From Pseudodesulfovibrio piezophilus C1TLV30 (GTDB lineage Bacteria; Desulfobacterota; Desulfovibrionia; Desulfovibrionales; Desulfovibrionaceae), in NCBI RefSeq assembly GCF_000341895.1, contig NC_020409.1:1140001-1172000 (forward strand): a DNA stretch of 32,000 nucleotides. The letters run 5' to 3'. Below the pieces are notes generated by a model, which saw only the letters and a program-made list of their open reading frames with translations, ran no database searches and was not told the origin of the DNA. Position 1 is the stretch's first letter. Every line of letters begins with the position of its first letter. A program made the position numbers and the translations under genes. Below are positions 27,755 through 32,000 of the stretch, in pieces.

Positions 27755-28839
27755 GCAACAAAGCGAAGGTCCGTTCCTATAAAACCATCCGAGGGCTGGT
27801 AACCCGGATTCGTGATGATCTTAACAATCATGAAGTCGTTCTGCTTTATGCCTACAACGGAACAGGTAAGACACGCCTATCCATGGCGTTCAAGGGTGCT
27901 GCTAAGAATAAGACTGGGGTCCCCGACACCCTCTATTTCAATGCGTACACTGAAGACCTGTTTAGCTGGGAAAATGATTTGGAAAATGATGTTGAGCGTT
28001 TTTTGCGCATCAACTCTGACTCCTCATTCTTTTCTGGATTCGAAGAATTGGCGCTGGAAGAGAGAATCTTTTCCTACCTCCATCGCTATGCGGACTTTGA
28101 TTTCAAGATAGACTACGTAAAATGGCGAATTCACTTCTCTCGTGGAGATGAGCAAAACATCAAGGTGTCGCGCGGCGAAGAGAACATCTTTATTTGGTGC
28201 ATTTTTTTGGCGATTTGCGAACTGACGATAGACGGCCAGGAATCATACTCATGGGTCAAAAACATCTACGTTGATGATCCCATCTCTTCCTTGGATGACA
28301 ACAACGCTATTGCGGTTGCCAGCGATCTGGCACAGCTTCTGAAAAAGGGAAAAGATAAAGTCAAAGTTGTTATCTCATCACACCATAGTCTGTTTTTTAA
28401 TGTGATGTGGAATGAGTTCAGAAGCTCAAAGATGAAATACAAAACGCACTTCCTTCATCGACCAAGCAATTCAGAAACGTACACCCTGCAATCAACGGAT
28501 GAGACTCCCTTTTTTCATCATGTGGCAATGTTAAGTGAACTTCAATTAGCGTCTGAGAAAGGCGAGCTGTATACGCATCATTTCAATATGCTGCGTAGCA
28601 TAATGGAGAAAACAGCCACTTTTTTTGGACTTAAGGATTTTTCCGAATGTGTTCACGGTGTTGACGACGACGTTCTTTACGCCCGAGCTTTGAACTTGCT
28701 AAGTCATGGCAAGTACTCCGTCTATGAGCCAAGAGAAATGGTCGAAGACACGAAAGACCTATTCAAAGAAATTCTTAATGCATTTTTAGATCAATATAAA
28801 TTCGCACTTCCTGAACTTACCGCAAAAGCGAAAAGATAA
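27751..28839 (+). CDS. prrC: PrrC-like anticodon nuclease (ABC/AAA_13-type NTPase N-domain + C-terminal RNase domain)
   Basis: ATG overlaps the hsdS stop (ATGA). Walker A AYNGTGKT (aa 34-41), ABC-signature-like VSRGEE (139-144), Walker B IYVDDPISSLD (172-182), switch SSHH (209-212). The C-terminal R282-x3-E286 ... H319 has spacing nearly identical to the Arg320/Glu324/His356 catalytic triad reported for E. coli PrrC. It is embedded in a type I R-M operon, as prrC is. Confidence 0.75.
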   Translation: MSNKAKVRSYKTIRGLVTRIRDDLNNHEVVLLYAYNGTGKTRLSMAFKGAAKNKTGVPDTLYFNAYTEDLFSWENDLENDVERFLRINSDSSFFSGFEELALEERIFSYLHRYADFDFKIDYVKWRIHFSRGDEQNIKVSRGEENIFIWCIFLAICELTIDGQESYSWVKNIYVDDPISSLDDNNAIAVASDLAQLLKKGKDKVKVVISSHHSLFFNVMWNEFRSSKMKYKTHFLHRPSNSETYTLQSTDETPFFHHVAMLSELQLASEKGELYTHHFNMLRSIMEKTATFFGLKDFSECVHGVDDDVLYARALNLLSHGKYSVYEPREMVEDTKDLFKEILNAFLDQYKFALPELTAKAKR

Positions 28840-28850
28840 ACGAGACAGCT

Positions 28851-30461
28851 ATGACCGAACAAGATCAAAAACTACTTGGTAGTACTCTCTGGGCCATCGC
28901 CGACCAATTGCGCGGCGCAATGAACGCGGACGACTTCCGCGACTATATGCTGTCCTTCCTTTTCTTACGTTACCTGTCCGACAACTATGAGGCGGCGGCC
29001 AAGAAAGAACTTGGACGAGATTATCCAGACAACCAAGATCAGCCCAGCACGACCCCGCTTCAAATTTGGTATGAAGAGAACCTTGAGGATGTTGAAGAGT
29101 TCGAAAAACAGATGCGCCGCAAGGTGCATTATGTGATCAAACCGCAATACTTATGGGGCAACATTGCTGAGATGGCGCGTGTGCAAGATGACAAGCTGTT
29201 GAGCACGTTGCATGATGGATTCGAGTACATTGAGACAGAATCTTTTGCCAGCACCTTTCATGGCTTGTTTTCTGAAATTAACCTGAGTTCAGAAAAGCTT
29301 GGCAAGAACTACAAGGCCCGAAATGCGAAACTGTGCGACATCATCAAAGAGATCGTGAAAGGGCTATCGAAGTTCTCAACCGATAGCGATACATTGGGAG
29401 ATGCCTACGAGTATCTGATCGGCCAGTTTGCCGCCGGGTCGGGCAAGAAGGCTGGCGAGTTCTACACGCCCCAGCTCATTTCCACTATTCTGTCTGCGAT
29501 TGTTACATTGGATTGCCAAGACCCAACCACCGGCCAGAAAAAGCATCTTGAGAGTGTATTCGATTTTGCCTGTGGTTCTGGGTCACTATTACTGAATGTC
29601 CGCAAACGGATGGGGCCACATGGTATTGGCAAGATTTACGGACAGGAAAAGAATGTCACTACCTACAACCTCGCACGCATGAATATGCTTCTGCATGGTG
29701 TCAAGGATTCGGAGTTTGAGATATTCCATGGTGATACACTGACTAATGATTGGGACACCCTGAAGGAAACAAACCCCGCAAAGAAGCCCTACTTCGACGC
29801 AGTGGTAGCCAATCCTCCTTTCAGCTACCGGTGGAATTCCAGTGAATCAATGGGCGATGACGTTCGTTTTAAGAATTACGGCTTGGCTCCAAAGTCATCT
29901 GCCGATTTTGCTTTTGTGTTACATGGTTTTCACTATCTGAAGCCTGAAGGAACGATGGCTGTTATTTTGCCTCACGGAGTTCTTTTCCGTGGCGGGGCAG
30001 AAGCTAAAATCCGCCGTAAGCTTCTAAATGATGGCAATATCGACACAGTGATCGGTCTGCCCGCCAATCTGTTTTATTCCACGGGCATTCCCGTGTGTAT
30101 CCTGGTGCTGAAGAAGTGCAAGAAGCCTGATGACGTATTGTTCATCAACGCTGCCGAGCACTTTGAAAAAGGTAAAAAGATGAATTACTTGTCTCAGGAG
30201 CATATCGACAAGATAATTTCCACGTATCAAAATCGCACAGAAGAAAAGCGCTTTGCTAAAAGAGTTTCCCACGAGGATATCAAGAAAAAGCATGACTACA
30301 ATTTAAATATCACCCGATATGTCAGCCTCGCTGTACCGGAAAAAGAGGTTGACCTTAGCGCAGTACACAACGAACTGACAACGCTTGAAAAAAGTATCGG
30401 AAAGGCCAAAAAGAAGCACAATAAGTATCTCAAGGAACTTGGCCTGCCGCTTTTGCCTTAG
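28851..30461 (+). CDS. hsdM: Type I restriction-modification N6-adenine DNA methyltransferase subunit M
   Basis: 536 aa. HsdM_N helical domain (LWAIADQLRGAMNADDFRDYMLSFLFLRYLSD), AdoMet motif I DFACGSGSLLL, catalytic motif IV NPPF (VVANPPFSYRW). Confidence 0.96.
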   Translation: MTEQDQKLLGSTLWAIADQLRGAMNADDFRDYMLSFLFLRYLSDNYEAAAKKELGRDYPDNQDQPSTTPLQIWYEENLEDVEEFEKQMRRKVHYVIKPQYLWGNIAEMARVQDDKLLSTLHDGFEYIETESFASTFHGLFSEINLSSEKLGKNYKARNAKLCDIIKEIVKGLSKFSTDSDTLGDAYEYLIGQFAAGSGKKAGEFYTPQLISTILSAIVTLDCQDPTTGQKKHLESVFDFACGSGSLLLNVRKRMGPHGIGKIYGQEKNVTTYNLARMNMLLHGVKDSEFEIFHGDTLTNDWDTLKETNPAKKPYFDAVVANPPFSYRWNSSESMGDDVRFKNYGLAPKSSADFAFVLHGFHYLKPEGTMAVILPHGVLFRGGAEAKIRRKLLNDGNIDTVIGLPANLFYSTGIPVCILVLKKCKKPDDVLFINAAEHFEKGKKMNYLSQEHIDKIISTYQNRTEEKRFAKRVSHEDIKKKHDYNLNITRYVSLAVPEKEVDLSAVHNELTTLEKSIGKAKKKHNKYLKELGLPLLP

Positions 30462-30479
30462 CCTTGATCGGAGGAATGA

Positions 30480-31334
30480 ATGTCGACTCCCTATTCTATA
30501 CGCATGTTTCTCCCTGATGGCGACCCAGATGGGCTGCGTTTGATTGAAAAGTCAAATTGGACGGGTCTGGGTGTGGTCTTTTCACGCTCTGGCTACAAGG
30601 ATGCTCTCAAACGTGAAGAGTTTCAGCGCACCGGCGTATATGTTCTTGTCGGAACCTCCGAAGAAAGCAGTCTGCCGACGGTCTACATTGGCGAAGGTGA
30701 TCCTGTACGTCCACGTCTGGACAGCCATTATGCCAAGAAGGACTTTTGGAACTGGGGAGTCTTTTTCGTTACCAGCAATCAAAGCCTTAACAAGGCGCAT
30801 GTGAAGTATTTGGAGAGTCGCCTGATCCAGCAGGCAAAGGATGCCAAGCAGTGCAATCTAGACAACTTCAATGATTCAGCCAAGCCGACCCTCTCCGAAG
30901 CAGACATAGCTGACATGGAGAGCTTCATACAGGACATGCTCAAGGTCTTTCCTCTGGTCGGGCTCTCTGTCTTTGAGAAGCCGAATCAGGCCAGAGGAGA
31001 AAGAAATCTGCTCTATATCAAGGCTAAAGGGATTAAGGCTAAAGGATACGAAACAAGCAGAGGCTTCGTGGTCCTTGAAGGCTCAGAGGGGGTGACGAAA
31101 GAGGTGCCATCTATCCACCAATATCTCACCAATCTTCGGAATGATCTTGTCAAGAAAGGCGTACTTCAAGGGAAAAATGGACACTACGTATTCACCGAAG
31201 ATTATATTTTTTCATCACCAAGCACTGCTGCTGGGGTTGTCCTAGGAAGGAGTTCGAATGGTAGGACGTGCTGGAGGAATGGCAACGGGAAGACTTTAAA
31301 GGCGATCCAAGCGGAAAATACGATAGATGGATAA
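30480..31334 (+). CDS. GIY-YIG-like nuclease domain protein with C-terminal DUF4357-like domain (function unknown)
   Basis: 284 aa, starting 18 nt after hsdM on the same strand. GVY (52-54) ... VYIGEG (68-73), R77/R79, H83 and E112 (KYLESRL) fit a GIY-YIG core. The C-terminal FSSPSTAAGVVLGRSSNGRTCWRN resembles the DUF4357 signature as I recall it. Assigned from motif memory, not from a search. Confidence 0.65.
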   Translation: MSTPYSIRMFLPDGDPDGLRLIEKSNWTGLGVVFSRSGYKDALKREEFQRTGVYVLVGTSEESSLPTVYIGEGDPVRPRLDSHYAKKDFWNWGVFFVTSNQSLNKAHVKYLESRLIQQAKDAKQCNLDNFNDSAKPTLSEADIADMESFIQDMLKVFPLVGLSVFEKPNQARGERNLLYIKAKGIKAKGYETSRGFVVLEGSEGVTKEVPSIHQYLTNLRNDLVKKGVLQGKNGHYVFTEDYIFSSPSTAAGVVLGRSSNGRTCWRNGNGKTLKAIQAENTIDG

Positions 31335-31360
31335 CATGTTGTTCGCAAGCTACTGCCGGG

Positions 31361-32000
31361 CTACTCAAACCGCCCGTACATGGCTTCGTGACACTCTCGC
31401 AGGAACGTCATCATCTCGGCGTAGTCGCCTGACTCGTAGAAACGGATCATCCCCGCGTTGTACTCGGTAAGCCGTTTGGCTGGCACCGACAACGGCGCGT
31501 AACCGTTGCTCATCAGGTGACCGTTGAGCATGAGCAGACCGGTGCGCTTGTTAGCGTCCCAGAAGAACTGGTTGCGTGCAAAGTCTAGGTGCAAGCGGTA
31601 AGCCTGCTCGCGCACATCATCGAGTTTCAGGATGTCTTCGACCACGCCAGCGAAAAGAGAATCCAGCTCGCCAGCTTTGGGCGGCTTGTACTCGGTGCCA
31701 GCTATGCCGACCTGGCCTGAGCGGAATTGCCCCGGGTCCAACGCCTCGCCAAGCCCCAAGACGCCTTGTATCGCACAGGCAGTCTCCTTGGTCAGACTGA
31801 ACGTATCCTGCTTTACCATGTCGATAAGCAGCTCCCAGCCAAGCTGTTGCTGCTTGAGCTTCTCTACGTCTGCCACCTTGTGTCCACCTACCGTCACACC
31901 CTGGAGGTAGGTCTGAACCTCAGGCATGGTGAAAGGCATCCCCTCCAAGCTCTGCACGTCGAACACGAGCTCAGCGAAGACTTTCCTTGCTATGAATAGT
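31361..32000 (-). CDS. Fic/Doc-family protein with degenerate active-site motif (probably 5'-truncated by window end)
   Basis: Fic core GQFRSGQVGIAGTEYKPP ... QFFWDANKRTGLLMLN (motif codons 31544-31570). The frame stays open upstream of the GTG at 31966 all the way to nt 32000, so the N-terminus may lie outside the window. GC is about 57% by eye, higher than the R-M cassette. Confidence 0.7.
   Translation of the reverse strand, partial: LFIARKVFAELVFDVQSLEGMPFTMPEVQTYLQGVTVGGHKVADVEKLKQQQLGWELLIDMVKQDTFSLTKETACAIQGVLGLGEALDPGQFRSGQVGIAGTEYKPPKAGELDSLFAGVVEDILKLDDVREQAYRLHLDFARNQFFWDANKRTGLLMLNGHLMSNGYAPLSVPAKRLTEYNAGMIRFYESGDYAEMMTFLRECHEAMYGRFE

Noticed and set aside
31335-31360. Searched for a distal att repeat (copy of the tRNA-Thr 3' end) or terminator between the GIY-YIG gene and the Fic-like gene
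   Set aside because: No match to ggttcaactccgatttctggctcca and no convincing hairpin were found by eye. The island boundary therefore cannot be placed here.

Overview
The window looks like chromosome from a sulfate-reducing Desulfovibrionaceae-type deltaproteobacterium. This inference rests on a complete hmcABCDEF-rrf2 high-molecular-weight cytochrome operon and moderate GC by eye. Nt 1-23200 is ordinary core genome. On the + strand it holds carD (5' partial), rho, an M48/TPR BepA-like protease, ribF and a ClC channel. On the - strand it holds a macro-domain gene with hslV and hslU, then rrf2 and hmcF-E-D-C-B-A. An 836-nt non-coding gap follows. Next come an orphan histidine kinase and a 4-OT tautomerase (+). 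After those, on the - strand, are an ADP-forming acetyl-CoA synthetase, a small STAS-like ORF, an MBL hydrolase and a gamma-glutamylcyclotransferase. A tRNA-Thr(CGU) at 23204-23279 marks a sharp change in composition. Downstream is an AT-richer defence cassette: hsdR - hsdS - PrrC-like anticodon nuclease - hsdM - GIY-YIG/DUF4357 protein. It is tightly packed and partly translationally coupled. It is followed by a convergent, GC-richer Fic/Doc-like gene that runs off the window; its motif is Doc-type (DANKR) but has Gln in place of the catalytic His. The most interesting candidates are (i) the uncharacterised GIY-YIG/DUF4357 gene riding as a fifth gene on the type I R-M/PrrC module, (ii) the non-E. 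coli position of the PrrC-like gene, and (iii) the degenerate Fic/Doc protein. Type I R-M plus PrrC is itself a described system, so novelty here is moderate and I cannot show a wholly new system from sequence alone. Smaller oddities:
- a 43-aa hmcD missing from the ORF track
- an HmcA with 14 CxxCH motifs plus one CX5CH, versus 16 haems in the archetype
- a 162-nt hslV-hslU spacer with twin hairpins
- an apparently leaderless macro-domain gene
- a C-rich, G-poor, SD-less rho leader
No CRISPR array, integrase, transposase or rRNA was seen.
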